A stretch of 64,000 bases of DNA from Octopus vulgaris (GCA_951406725.2 OX597814.1:221836001-221900000); one strand, 5' to 3'; positions 1 through 14,478 are shown, counted from the first letter of the stretch. Translations and numbers: made by a program. Notes: generated by a model from the sequence alone, not told the origin.

Positions 1-217
1 TTATTTCATGTTAGTCCAGTTCACTCAGCTGGAAAAAATGGTCAGTATTTGTATTCTAATGGACTAGCCTTGTCTCATTCAGAATCACGTCGAATCTCTC
101 TGAGATATGTGTTCGCGTGACTGTCGAGTTCTCGGCTACTTGCACTTTAACTTCACGAGCAGGCTGTTCTGTTGATCGGATCAACTAGAACTTTCGTCTT
201 CGTAACCGACGGAGTGT
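1..217 (+). mobile_element. 3' part of tRNA-derived SINE family A (diverged copy)
   Basis: Reverse complement matches the body of the copies at 52022-52407 and 57172-57526 (cacgagcaggctgttc-gttgatcggatcaac...cgtaaccgacggagtg). Confidence 0.75.
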
Positions 218-245
218 CAGTAAGTATGCATGTATATATACATAC

Positions 246-329
<84 letters not shown>

Positions 330-515
330 AAGCAAAGCGTTTATAATTATGAACAAGTCATAATTATATCTAAGAGGTTTATAAAACCCTTGCATGTTAA
401 AGATAGCAACCAAAACCTTTATAAAAACATGATATCACTCATATTTCTCCTCGTGATAAGACCTATCTTTGGGCGACATGGCAAATAGAATCCACACCTT
501 GAAAATAACAGGTTA

Positions 516-580
516 ATTTCCTACTGCAATTTCGGCATTAGGGACCTCTTAAGGGACCCATTCGCCTCGCCAGGGGAAAT
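516..580 (-). ncRNA. Degenerate type I hammerhead ribozyme motif, probably from a Penelope-like pLTR
   Basis: Minus strand reads atttccc-CTGGCGA-GGC..GGGTCCCTTAAGAGGTCCC..GCC-GAAA-TTGCAG-TA-ggaaat. Core has G in place of A6, so probably inactive. Confidence 0.5.
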
Positions 581-596
581 ATTCCTATAGACAGAA

Positions 597-957
597 GTCA
601 AAACAAGACTTTACCTTGGTGGTAGCATGAATCCCGACCGGCAATAGAAATGTTTTCACCTCTATCTACTCAATCTTCTGTATATTTTATGATAACATGT
701 TTGGCTATTGATATATTCATAAATCATCTTAATTATTTATAATATATGTTCCGTAATGTCTTTATATTACTCTCTACTTATTTAAATTTTCCTTACTCAT
801 ACCTGGTAATTTTGCCGTGGCTTGTAATTACTAGTCTTTCACATAAATTCTGTCCGTGATAATTGAATTCAAAACTTTATTGTATAGATGGAGGTGAAAA
901 GATCTCTGTTGCTGATCAGGATTCTTGCTAGCCCCAAGGTAAAGTCTTGTGTTGATT
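597..957. repeat. Imperfect inverted repeat, arms ~597-668 and ~885-957
   Basis: acaagactttaccttgg...ttttcacctctatcta is the reverse complement of tagatggaggtgaaaa...ccaaggtaaagtcttgt, with scattered mismatches. Confidence 0.8.
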
Positions 958-959
958 TG

Positions 960-1075
960 ACAAAGTCCAGTGCCAATCGTCTCGCGTGCTGTCACGCTGG
1001 ATTGTCTGAAGCGATCATGGAGCTGTTGCAGGTGGCGCTCTCTGTGGGCATGATCTGCAGTGCTTTTTGTGTTGG
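960..1075 (-). mobile_element. Possible small Tc1-type transposase HTH fragment
   Basis: Minus translation ...RERHLQQLHDRFRQSSVTARETIG resembles the Tc1 'DR..LRDRF.TA' region. Confidence 0.35.
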
Positions 1076-1189
1076 TTATTCTACTTCTAGTAATGTTGGT
1101 AATATTATTTCTTCATTTAATAAATTTAGATTAAATAAATTCAACAAAAATAAATTAAATAATGATTCCAATAATAATAATAAAGACTA

Positions 1190-1632
1190 CGATATAATTT
1201 ATTGTACATGTAGAGACTACATGTAAATTCAATAATAAATGTGATTTGGATAATGTAGTTTATAAATGTATGGTAACTTTAATTGATGATAATAATACGA
1301 ATGATTATTACTTAAACGCTATCTACATAGGGTCGACTTCGAATAAAATTAAATTAAGGGTGGCTCAACACATGTATTCTTTTAGGAATAGAAATCTAAT
1401 TAATTCTAAAAGCCTCAGTAAATATATATGGGAACTTAAATCTAAATGTATTAAATATAAATTAACTTGGGAGATAATTTGTAAGGTAAAATCTTATCGT
1501 ATTGGTAGTAATTCTTGTTTATTGTGTACTAATAAATTTAAGGAAATATTATTTAATAATAAATATGTGTTGATTAATTCCGTAGATGAGCGTAAAATTA
1601 AATGCAAACATAAATTAAATTATTTAGTTTAG
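1190..1632 (+). pseudogene. GIY-YIG endonuclease domain of a Penelope-like retroelement (C-terminal EN type)
   Basis: ORF 1246-1632 has VVYK...IYIGST..K.R..QH..SF, SKYIWELK, CLLC and C.H motifs; upstream CTCR Cys motif is interrupted by stops; followed by ~1.6 kb of very AT-rich sequence. Confidence 0.85.
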
Positions 1633-2535
1633 CTAATTTTTCCGTATATATAAAACTCTATTTTATGTTACTAATTTATTGTAGATATAATTTAAGTAGT
1701 ATTAGTGTATTGATTAGCATGATTTTATATGTTATATTACAATATTTGAATATGTTTAAACTTGGATATTTCTCAATAATTAAATAAATATATAAATTTA
1801 TTAAGATCTATTAACTATAGTAATATAAATTAATTCAAATATATTATATATATTTTACGTATTATAATATCAATTATTTGGACTTTAAATTTTCCAGTAA
1901 ATAGTCATTGTAAATAGATTTGTTGTTCTATTATTCTTTGATTCTAAAAGCTTAAATATATTTCGTCATTTTCATTAATACATTTATTCTATTTTTACAC
2001 GACGTTTTCACGAGTTAAATTTCTTATTAACGCTAAGGCCTCAGTTTTTACGTTTCAAATTCAGTTAAAAAATTTTCTTCGATAAAATAAGTAATGTATT
2101 TTTATAACAATATTATTAAATTTTGAATTGAATTTTCTTTGATTATTATTGTAAAAATATTACTTTCTATATTGTTATTTGATAATTATTGGTTACGATA
2201 CGATTATTTATTTACTAATAGGTAGGAATTTTATTCGTTATGTAGTGCTGAATTTAAGTAAATCCTTTTAATAATAATTGATACTTTGGTTAATTCTATA
2301 CGTGAGTGTAACATATAACCTATATAGAAATTAATTATATAGTAAGTTTAACTAATGTGTGTGTATATATTTGAAGCATCTTTCTATTTTCAATTCTTGT
2401 AGTCATAGTTTGTAGGAATATTATGTATATAAGTTAGCATGAAGTTTTTTTAGTATATATTACTTAATCAGAATACGATTTAACTTAGATGTTTATATAT
2501 ATATATGTATATATAAATATATAAATATATATATA

Positions 2536-2579
<44 letters not shown>

Positions 2580-3249
2580 GTGTGTGTATGATGTATGCAT
2601 AGTTTTATATATTTTGTTTTAATTACTTGTATTTGAATTTTCCAGTAATGATATACTATATTTTGTTATTTTTCCTTCTATAAGCTAAAATATATATTTC
2701 ATAGATAAAATAAATATTTATGTCTATTTATTCTAGTTTTATTTATACCACGTCTTTAACGAGATGAATTTATTATTAACAATAAGTCCTATGCATTAAG
2801 TTTAAAATTTAGGTAACAGAATATATTTGTTAATATATTTCGTATTTTTATTTTTAGAAATATAACTGAATTTTGTTCGATTTTTTTTTTGAAAAATTAC
2901 GTATTTTTATATATATCTATGTTTTCTTACAAGATAATATACATATATTTATCTAATTATTTTATTGTTTTCATCTTGGACCTGATGAGTGACTATATTC
3001 TAATTGAATTGATTTACTGTTATCAGTTTCAAAAATAGCTAATTACTAATTACATACTATTTATATAATATTTTGCATTTTATTTAGTTCTAGGTTTTCC
3101 TAATGATATGATTTAATTATATCATTGTTGAATTGCTACATGGTCGTTCTTCTCTAATTAATATACATATATTATGTATTGTGAAATTTGATTTAGTATT
3201 GCTAAATTGAATTTTTACCTGTAAGTTTGGTATCAAACTCACTAATACT

Positions 3250-3370
3250 CCGCTCGAAACGTTAAACCCTCCTTCTTTCTCTCCTTTCCTGAACGTCCAA
3301 TAACACTATACTTGTTCCACGTCCTCGCGTTGTTGTGTTTTCTCTTTGTGTTTTCACGTTTGGATCAACT
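3250..3370 (+). mobile_element. Truncated Penelope-like pLTR end abutting a microsatellite
   Basis: Begins with gctcGAAACGTT (3' half of a minimal hammerhead, as in 19754-19792), then a T-rich tail and (TA)/(TG)n. Confidence 0.4.
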
Positions 3371-3441
3371 ATATATATACATATGTGTGTGTTTGTGTAT
3401 GTGTGTATGTATGCACGTATGTATGTATGTATATCCACACG

Positions 3442-3519
<78 letters not shown>

Positions 3520-3525
<6 letters not shown>

Positions 3526-4670
3526 CGGCCAAAATTTAAGGATCACTTAGAAAGAATAAACTGCTAACCGAGTTCTTTGTTGTTCAGAAAACTGTTAACG
3601 GGCTAACAGTTACCTCTTATAATGGTACTTTAGTGTAACATTCCTCTGGTAACCTGTGATTAAAAGCAAAGTATTGTGTGCTTACACCAAAAGGGCAAGT
3701 CAAATTCTGTGGCAGCAACTATTGTAGGAAGGTCTACATGGGTTGTGCAACGAATTGTAGCTCGTGTTAAGTCATTAGGATCGACAGATGGTAAACCCCA
3801 AACCGGTAGACCGCGTAAAACTTCACCAAGACAGGGTCGTATTATGGCTAGAATGTCACAGAAGGATAGGTTTAAAAGTGCTACTGAGATATCTCACGAG
3901 TTTAGCTCCACTTCCGATGACAACATATCGCGCAAAACATTTCTCGGAGCTTTCGAAGTTCTGGGTTGCTTGCTCGGGAACTTGCAAAGAAGCCTCTGAT
4001 CCCTCTTTGGACAGGAAACAGCAGTCGCTGGTTCATTTTAGTGATGAATCAAAGTTTAAAATTGTTTGGTTCCGATGGCGGGATGTACGTCGGACGAAGA
4101 AGTAGTGAAAGTTTATCGCGTGCATGTGTGAAGAACACAGTGAAATATAGGGGAGGCAGTGTAATTGCACGGGGAGTGATCTCTGTTGCTGCACCTGGTC
4201 CACTTATTCGCCTTCAAGGGACTGTCAATGGTGAAATCTACAAGCAGATTCTTAGACAGCATGCCCTTGCACATCTCCAAACCACGTCAGTTCAACCTCC
4301 AATCTTCGTTCAAGACAACGCTCCCTGTCACACTGCGAAGCAAGTCAAAGATTGTTTTAGTGATGAAGAGTTTGATCCCATGAACAGGCCACATCAGACC
4401 TGTAAGAACGTTTGGAAGATTATTGGAGATGGGCGCGAAGGAGAAATTCAAAGAACCAAGATGAACTCTGGGAATTATTAAAAAACGAATGGAACAATAT
4501 TGCGCCATCATTTTGCAAGAAATTAATTCAGTCCTGTAGTAACAGATGTCAGGAGGTCATTGACAGTTAAAGGATGTTCCCAAAATATTAATATTAAGGG
4601 TTTCTCTTTTTTGTTCTAGTTCCATTTTTCATTGTTTTTCTAAGTGGCCCTTAACTTTTAGCTTTTGCAG
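3520..4670 (+). mobile_element. Tc1-family DNA transposon, frameshifted transposase
   Basis: GRPRKTS..Q.R, FSDESKF, GGSV..GVIS, FVQDNAPCH motifs spread over ORFs 3676-3999, 3788-4105 and 3966-4481; terminal motif aaaa-ttaagg--cacttagaaa at ~3530 is inverted at ~4637-4662; starts in (TA)n. Confidence 0.9.
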
Positions 4671-4914
4671 TTTGGAAGATTATTTGTTTATTTCCTCACA
4701 ACTTACGAAATATTTGTAAGGAAAATCAGACAAGGTAGAAAATGCTAAAATAATTTTATCATAAGGGACATTTTAGTACAGATTTCAGTCTTTTCGACAT
4801 TTTCAACTTGGAATAAAGTAAGAAAACCAATTAAATTGTGGAAAAATTAAATGAAAAGTTTTTTTAAAATATTTTTATAATCATGAAATATGTAGGACAT
4901 TTTTCTTTCTTTTT

Positions 4915-4989
<75 letters not shown>

Positions 4990-5539
4990 ACGGAAGGTGC
5001 TGGTAATACACAAACAATGTCTTTTCCCAATCCCACCAGACACGGAGCATCATATTTTTCGGATGCTACTCGGTCTTAAGTGATTAAAGCTGGTTCATTT
5101 CATTGTATCCAGACCGTGTTTTGATCCATAACTTTTCCTAACGTTTGAGCGTTCTTTTCGAAAAGGTATCGTTTTATTTTGCCTTTGAGAAAATTGCAAA
5201 TGGGAATGTTGTCCATTAATTGCTTTCGGTTAACATATGAAGCGCCAAAAAACTAGCCATTCTCGAATCCACGATTTTTAAGGTACCTTCTAAAGTTCAC
5301 GTGAGATATGTGAAGTAATTTTGCGATGTATCGTGTCGTATTAATGGATATATTTATATTAGCGTTCCGATTTGGTCGCCCTCTACGACCGTAGGACTGC
5401 CGCAACGCTTACGGTTTCCTACATTAAAATCAAGAAACTTTGATACATAGTATTTTACATCCCCGTAGTTAGCTATATTTTTCATATACATGCTCCTTAG
5501 CACACTGAGTTACTTTTAACTCATTTTTGCTTGTATGTA

Positions 5540-5557
5540 TGCATATATATATACAGC

Positions 5558-5604
<47 letters not shown>

Positions 5605-5673
5605 GTGTTCACACTATATATACAATATAGTACATATATATATATATATTTACACACATATATATATATATTT

Positions 5674-5727
<54 letters not shown>

Positions 5728-5956
5728 TATAAATATATGCATAATGTATATATATATATATACATTATATATATATATATATATAATATATTTATGTTTA
5801 TACTTACATGTATAATATATTTGTATGTGTAAATAGGTATATATATTTCCGCCCCGACATCTGAAACTCGGAGTTTTATTATGGCAACCGAAAAAGTTGT
5901 CACATATTAAATTACACACACACACATACACGCACACACACTCACCCACACATACA

Positions 5957-6014
<58 letters not shown>
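5540..6014. repeat. Compound (TA)n/(CA)n microsatellite field
   Basis: Seen directly; source of the YIYIYI ORFs. Confidence 0.95.
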
Positions 6015-6018
<4 letters not shown>

Positions 6019-7604
6019 TAGATATGTTTCGACCAAAGATTGGTCCAGGCCATGTCTAACTTAATAGTACCACCTGATAGGATTATTCGAATCCTGTTTA
6101 AGTCAAGTTTTGTTTATGGTCCAGTCAAGTAGTGAGTTCTTGTTGGGTGAGTTGTATCCAATTATGGGTGGCTTATCTGGTATTCTTTGAAGGAATCTAT
6201 CCAGACTCCGTTTAAAATTGATGGGATCCTTTTCCTCTTTGATCTCCCTCGGGACAATGTTAAATAGGGCAGGGCCTGTTGAGGAAAAGAAATTATGTTG
6301 CAGTGTACATGTATGTTGTGATCTTGAATTGGGCAGGGGACGTATGGCCTGTGGTCCCAGTCTTGGATGAACCTTGAAGCTAATGTTAAGGTCGTTTGGG
6401 CAAAGTTGGCAGTATATTCTTCACATCGTACAAATGATGTACCGCTCACGGCGACGCTGGAGGGAGTAAAGTTTCAAGGCTTTAAGGCGATCCCAATAAT
6501 CGAGAGCAGCCATGCCTTCAATTCGTTTAGTGAGTGCCCTCTGGGGTGACTCAATCCTGGAGATGTTTTGTCTTGTATGGGGAGACCACAGTGGGCAGTA
6601 ATATTCAAGGTGTGGCCGTACAAAGGAGGAGAAAAGTGGTATGATGACACCTTCTTCTCTGGACCGGAAAGTTCTTAAGATCCAGGAACTCATCCTACGA
6701 GCTATATCGACCTTCTTGTTGATGTGTGCACTCCAACTGAGATCGTCATCAACAATTACACCCAGGTGTCTGATATTGTTAGAGGTTGTGAGCGGTTCCC
6801 CTGAAGGTAGAGAGTATGGCTGTTTTAGTGTGGAATTTCTTCCAAAATGCATCAGCTCAAATTTTCCCTCATTCAGTTGCATTTTGTTTGTCTGTCCTTT
6901 GACTCACAGCATATAGATCAGACTAGAGTTGAGTTCGGTCTGCTTCTTCATTGACGATTTGCTGGAGCTTAGTGTCATCAGCAAATATTTTCACTTTGCA
7001 GTAATGTACGACACTGGAAAGGTCGTTTATGTAAATTATGAAGAGTAGCGGACCCAAGACAGTCCCCTGGGAAACACCGCTGGTGACTTTTGCTGGGCTT
7101 GAATGGACTCCATCAACTACAACATGTTGTATTCTATTCGCCAGGAAATACTTAATCCGGTGTAGAACTTTTCCACGGATTCCAACATTTGCCAATTTTG
7201 AGAGTAGGATATTATGGTCTACCCTGTCGAACGCTTTACTGAAGTCAAGATATATGACGTCAGAGTTCGAACCTGTTCACAGGACTTTGAGTACATCTTC
7301 AATGTGGTGTAAGAACTGTGTTAGACAGTCCCTGCAATAGCGAAAGCCATGCTGATTTGCATTTAGAAGTTTGTGGGTCTCCAGGAAGTCAGCTATCCTT
7401 GATCTTAACTCTCTTTCAAACACTTTAATGATGTGGGAGGTGAGTGAGATTGGGCGATAGTTGACTGCGAGGGATCTGTTTCCCTGTTTGAAAACCGGGA
7501 TGACCGACTGGGATAGAAACTGTTTCGGTATATAACCTGCGTCTAGCGAATCTCTCCAGAGGTTGGTCAGAGGGACTGCAAGTTGGTGTCTACATTCCTT
7601 GATA
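6015..7604 (-). mobile_element. 5'-truncated CR1/Jockey-group LINE (RT, C-terminus and 3'UTR)
   Basis: Minus strand: NYRPISLTSHIIK, NQHGFR, VIYLDFSKAFD, GVSQGTVLGPLLF, IFADD, LYSLQRRRER, FKRSLDRFLQRIPDKP; frameshifts and stops present. Confidence 0.92.
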
Positions 7605-7910
7605 ACTTCGATAGGTTTCGGCCAGTAGAGTCTCAGGCCACGTCTAACTTATTAGCAGCACCTGAAGTATTTTATTCCTATACGGGGCACCATGGCCCAC
7701 TCTAACAGAGAGTTATTATTGTTGGAGACAATAGCCGGGTGTAGGATGTTGATACTGGATATTTTAAAGGAATTTGTCCTGTGAACTTTTGAATTTTATG
7801 GGATCCGTCTCCATTTTGACGTATTTTGGTATGGTATTAAAGAGACCCGGACCAGTTGAGGTAAAGTAATGGTGAAGTAATGTTGCTATGTGTCCTGAGT
7901 TCAATTTTTA
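7605..7910 (-). mobile_element. 3' end of a second, related CR1-group LINE
   Basis: [28 protein letters not shown], and 3'UTR (caggtg...taagttagac-tggcc...gaaac-tatc) homologous to 6020-6075. Confidence 0.75.
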
Positions 7911-7914
7911 TAGT

Positions 7915-9150
<1,236 letters not shown>

Positions 9151-10101
9151 ATACATTTTTCATTTTATGGGGTTTGTGATGATAGACATTTGTAATATGC
9201 AGGAAAAGTTGTATTTTCGTACAGTGAAACTTGTCTGGGTGACTGTTGATGTACGTACATATGTAGATATGTTGATATCAATAATATAAAATTTCCAATA
9301 TTGAAAAGTTTTATGTTTTTGTAATAATAAACAGAAGTTGAAGCATACTCAGGCTGATACACGTCCGTATGTTTACAACTTTCTCTCCATCTCTCTCTTC
9401 TATCTACGCCTCTCTCTCTCTCTCCTTGATCTTCTAGTCTCTTTTCTTTCTCTCTCTTTTCGTTTTCTCTCTCGCTTCACTCGCTCTCACAGTCTCTACT
9501 TCCACGTACATACGTATGCCTATATAATAATACATACAATGGGTATTAAAACAGAATTCAATAAATTAACTAGAGGTTATATTTATTCGGTGAATTAACT
9601 CAATCGTTACACAGTATTTCACACAGTCACGCACGTGAGGTATGTGTTAGTGATAGTCTTTTCTCTGGTTATGTAATAATGGCAGATTTCTGCACCAATG
9701 TTTATGTTTGGAAGGGTGTTGGAGTCAAAATATTCAAGTACACGTAAGCCACACAAACACGGTAAATACCCACATATTTAATAGAAGCTGAAAATTTTTG
9801 ATCGGAGTAATTATTAGACAAAACCTACGCCTAGGAGTGTTTCAAATCAGAAAAGAATATACATTAATTGACACAACGTAACCTAAATACGATATGTTGG
9901 TCACAATATCTCATCAGTAATATTGATGTAATATAGCAAAGACAGAATGAAATGCGCCTTAGATCTGAAGCTAACTGGTGAAAGCAACGGACATAATTCA
10001 GTGATGTATATACTGCTCAATTGTCAAAGTACTACTTCTGTATATATGACTACATACATACGTGAATATGTGTGTATATCTGCCTGTGATATAGGCATGC
10101 A

Positions 10102-10230
<129 letters not shown>

Positions 10231-10329
10231 CTTTTAGGTCCTGTTCTTGACACATTTTCTTTTGTTTTTACCCCTCTGCAAAATAATTTTATTTAATTCA
10301 TTTTGCAGGAAGGACTACTTCAGCCAGAT

Positions 10330-10395
10330 CGTGTTCTGCCCTTACCTTCGAAACACGCATTGAGTCGAAACAGGGGCAGCTGAAGAAGGGGAGTA
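10330..10395 (+). ncRNA. Candidate non-circularly permuted hammerhead ribozyme
   Basis: CGTGT-T-CTGCCCT / TACCTTC-GAA-ACACG / 15-nt linker / GGGGCAG-CTGAAGA-AGGGGAGTA. Stem III 5 bp, stem I 7 bp, stem II with G-U pairs. Confidence 0.6.
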
Positions 10396-10654
10396 TTCCT
10401 TGTATTGTTTGTCTTGTACTCTGTTTGCTTGTTTGATTTTATGTTTTCCTTTCTCGTTGTGTTCTACGTTTATTTGTGGTGTCCTGTACTCATATATGCA
10501 TGTATATATACATATAGATGTAGGTATGTACATATATGTATGTATGCATACGTTTTATTTATTAAATTGTTATTATATGATTGAACACTCGCGTCGTTTT
10601 CTTTTTCTTCTTCTCCAATTAAGTTTTATATACATACATACATATATACATACA

Positions 10655-10686
<32 letters not shown>

Positions 10687-11391
10687 CATGCATGAAATGT
10701 AACCATACAGATATTGGCGATTGTTTTTACTTCTTCGGACTTTTTCCTTTCTCCTTTCCGACGAAGAGCCATGGTAGGAACGCCAAATTTTCTCTTTTCA
10801 CCGAGCGTCAAGCTAATATATTCCTTGCGCACTCCTCCTTGTTTGTTAATTTTATTATTCGTGTTTTTGTATTGATTGTTTATTTAAACTAGCTATATAT
10901 ATATATATATATTCACACACACACTTATATCAATAATAGATAACATATGTCTATTGTTTAAACACCAGAAGCTGCAGTTTTTCGTCCGAGAAAAATCCCT
11001 TTAAAGATTTATAGTTTTAAAAGCACAATATGCATGAAAGCTAGGTGAAACAGAATCGTCCCACAGTTTATCTGGAGAGTGAAGCTGTAGCAATCGTTTG
11101 TCTCAAGTATTTAGAGATAATATGTAAACCATGTACATGTTTGTAATAGTGCTGCATGACACGAGTACGTAATATTGATAAACCTCAACAACGAAGTAAT
11201 ACGGTGTCTATCGTTCTCGGGATCACTTTTGTGGGTATTTCCTTTTGCTAAAATTCTGAAGTAAATTGTGTTTTTAACACAATACGTCTATAAAGGGGTT
11301 TCTTTTCAGGACTGAAAACTGCAGATTTTGGTGTTTAAATAACACATATATGTCAAGTATAGGGCATTGGTAATATTTATAATCATAGAAT

Positions 11392-11605
11392 GCGGTGAGC
11401 TGACAGAATCGTTAGCACAGCGAGCGAAATGCTTAGTGGTATTTCGTCTGTCTTCACGTTCTGAGTTTAAATGCCGCCGGCGTCGACTTTGCCTTTCATC
11501 CTTCCGGGGTCGATAAATTAAGTACCGGTGAAACACTGGGGTCGATACAATCGAATTACCTCTACACCAAAATTTCAGACCTTGTGCTTATTGTAGAAAG
11601 GAATA
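11392..11605 (+). mobile_element. tRNA-derived SINE family C
   Basis: gcggtgagctgacagaatcgttagca...gtcgactttgcctttcatcc...ggggtcgataaattaagtacc; recurs several times in the window. Confidence 0.85.
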
Positions 11606-12828
11606 TTTATATCATAGAGCTACTTCTGTTCCATAATTTCAATATTCATAAGCATATATATGGCAACAGAATAAAGAATATGCACAGTACAGTTGTAAAA
11701 ATTATTGAGCCGTTGTTAGATAAGTTTTATAGGAATCGAATCATAGTTGTTATACTCCTTTTCAATATATTATCTTCATATTGAGCACCAGCTAGTTTAC
11801 ACTCTTAAAGGTGTTCAAGGTGAATGGATATTTGACCTTTTTAAGTATTCTTTTGATACAGTTACAATTTGCAGTTCTCGTGCTTCTTTGAACGAGCTGG
11901 TCTGTAGGAAAGCGTTGTCATTAGAATGTCTTCAGAGACACGTTAATGTTCGTTTTAGGCCACTGGATTCGAGAAAAAGATGAGCAATGAGATATTTCTA
12001 CTAGGATTATATTCTAGGATGGACAGTTTAGGCTAAGTGGTTAATGCAGAACGTGGAGAAAAGATGTGGTAGAAAAGATGGAGATAACGAGAAACGAGTC
12101 TTGTTAATAGGGGGAGCCTGATCAGTAGCGGTACGTGACCACTGAGCGTCAATGATGAGTAACCACCGTAAATGGGATGCGCATGTATATGTGTACGTGT
12201 ATGCATGCGCAAGTTTGTGCGTTTGCGTGTTTGCGCGTTTGTGCGATTGTGCGCGTGTGTTTGTGCGCGTGTGTGCCTGCGCGTTTGTGTGAGTATGGGT
12301 TGGTAAGTTCTCGAAATGCATTTTGCAATATATTGCAATCAATAGCTATAAAATATACATGTTAGGTTCTTGTGATCATGATCAGTTTATGCATGTCACA
12401 ATGTCCTTGGCGCATCTTATGATTTATTTCATGATTTACGACTATGCGTCTATTTATCTATCTGTCCAACTATCTTTACACGCATAAGCAACGCAAATGG
12501 AAATACATTTAGGCACACACACACACACACACACAAACATACACACAAACAAACACAGGAAACGAGAGAACGAGGGAGGGAGAAAAACGGTGATACAAAG
12601 AGAATGAAAGGGTTTGTAAATAATGAAAGCGTGTTCGTAATGATATTAACGATGTGTTAATTAGTGTAGATCAAAACTGCATCCAATGAAACGTATCGTC
12701 TCTTTAAAGATAAAGTAATAAGACACTGGAATATTACAAAATAATGTGTTAAAAATTAGGGTGGGGGGATAAGAGCCTACATAGAATGTATGAACCAAAT
12801 AACTGATAAGTAGGCATTGCAACGACTG

Positions 12829-12880
<52 letters not shown>

Positions 12881-12949
12881 GTATGTATGTATGTATTATG
12901 TGTGTGTGTGAACATATTATGTATATACATAATATTAGATTACTAGTGT

Positions 12950-12989
<40 letters not shown>

Positions 12990-13544
12990 TATACACACAT
13001 ATATACACATGTATATATACATACATACGTACATTCACACATACATACACACATATCTATAGATATAACCATGTGTGTATATGTGCACTCCCACATACTC
13101 GTATGTACGTGTATATTTGTGAATAAATGTATGTATAATGCCATGTGCACCTCATGAATCAATGTATAGAAATATTAAATTAGAATGCGTGATAAACGAC
13201 AGTTTAAGTGAATAGGATTTTCTTAAACTCACAAGATATTAAATTAAATTCTCATTTTCAGGCAACTAACTTTAAATTCGTTTAACGCTATTGAATACAA
13301 TTGTCATTTAAAAATGACTCTTTACTTGAAATGAGGTTACCTTACGGACTGGCTGTGAGGAATTACGCAATGACTGAAATAAGGAACAATCTCAGAATAG
13401 TTACTGATTATATTTTGTTGACAATTTAAATGTGAAAGAAGGGAGATAATTGAAAAAAAAATCATAAAAAAACGAATATAATTACGATATATGCAAAGTA
13501 ATTGAAATATAATTACGAGATTTTTGCAAGTCTTCCATCAGAGT

Positions 13545-13715
13545 TCACGATTTAATCGACCTACCCACTCGCCGAAATTGCTGAGGTTCTTATTTTATCG
13601 ACGCCGAAATTAAGAAAATTAAAACCGCTCTGGGTGGAATTAAAACTCAGAAAGTAAAGATCGACTTTCAATATTTTCCTGGGTGTGCCAGTGATTCCGC
13701 CAGTTCGCCGCCTTT
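13545..13715 (-). mobile_element. SINE family C, diverged
   Basis: Reverse complement begins aaggcggcgaactggcggaatc and follows the family C layout. Confidence 0.6.
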
Positions 13716-13790
13716 AATATACATTCACGCTGGTTTCCTACTAATATATGTGTACCTTGTATTCATATACTTCTTGCTTATATGAACATA

Positions 13791-14196
13791 TACTCTTTTA
13801 CTCTTTTACTCTTTTACCTGTTTCAGTCATTTGACTGCGGCCATGCTGGAGCACCGCCTTTAGTCGAGCAAATCGATCCCGGGACTTATTCTTTTATAAG
13901 CCCAGTACTTATTCTATCGGTCTCTTTTTGCCGAACCGCTAATTGACGGGGACGTAAACACACCAGCATCGGTTGTCAAGCAATGCTAGGGGGACAAACA
14001 CAGACACACAAACACACACATACATATATATACATATATACGACGGGCTTCTTTCAGTTTCCGTCTACCAAATCCACTCACAAGGCATTGGTCGGCCCGG
14101 GGCTATAGCAGAAGACACTTTGCCCAAGATGCCACGCAGTGGGACTGAACCCGGAACCATGTGGTTGGTTAGCAAGCTACTTACCACACAGCCACT
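13791..14196 (-). mobile_element. tRNA-derived SINE family B with internal microsatellite
   Basis: Head gtggctgtgtggtaag (A box) ... gggttcagtccc (B box), internal (TA)/(TG)n, tail (gtaaaaga)n. Confidence 0.92.
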
Positions 14197-14304
14197 ACTT
14201 TATATAATAAATGTTAACAGGATTAGATTTGAGGCTACATTAAAACATTAGGCTTTATTTGTGTTGTGTTCAAGAGTGGCATATAGGCGCAAGAGTGGCA
14301 TATA

Positions 14305-14478
14305 GGCGCAGGAGTGGCTGTGTGGTAAGTAGCTTGTTCACCAACCACATGGTTCAGTCCCACTGCGTGGCACCTTGGGCAAGTGTCTTCTACTATAGCC
14401 TCGGGCCGACCAAAGCCTTGTGAGTGGATTTGGTAGACGGAAACTGAAAGAAGCCCGTCGTATATATGTATATATATG

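Noticed and set aside
2978-3000. CTGATGAG hammerhead-like core downstream of the GIY-YIG ORF
   Set aside because: No pairable stem II/GAAA or stem I found nearby.
6020-6075. GGCC...GGTC-GAAAC hairpin (also 7610-7665) as a hammerhead
   Set aside because: No CUGANGA core and no stem I; better explained as a LINE 3'UTR stem-loop.
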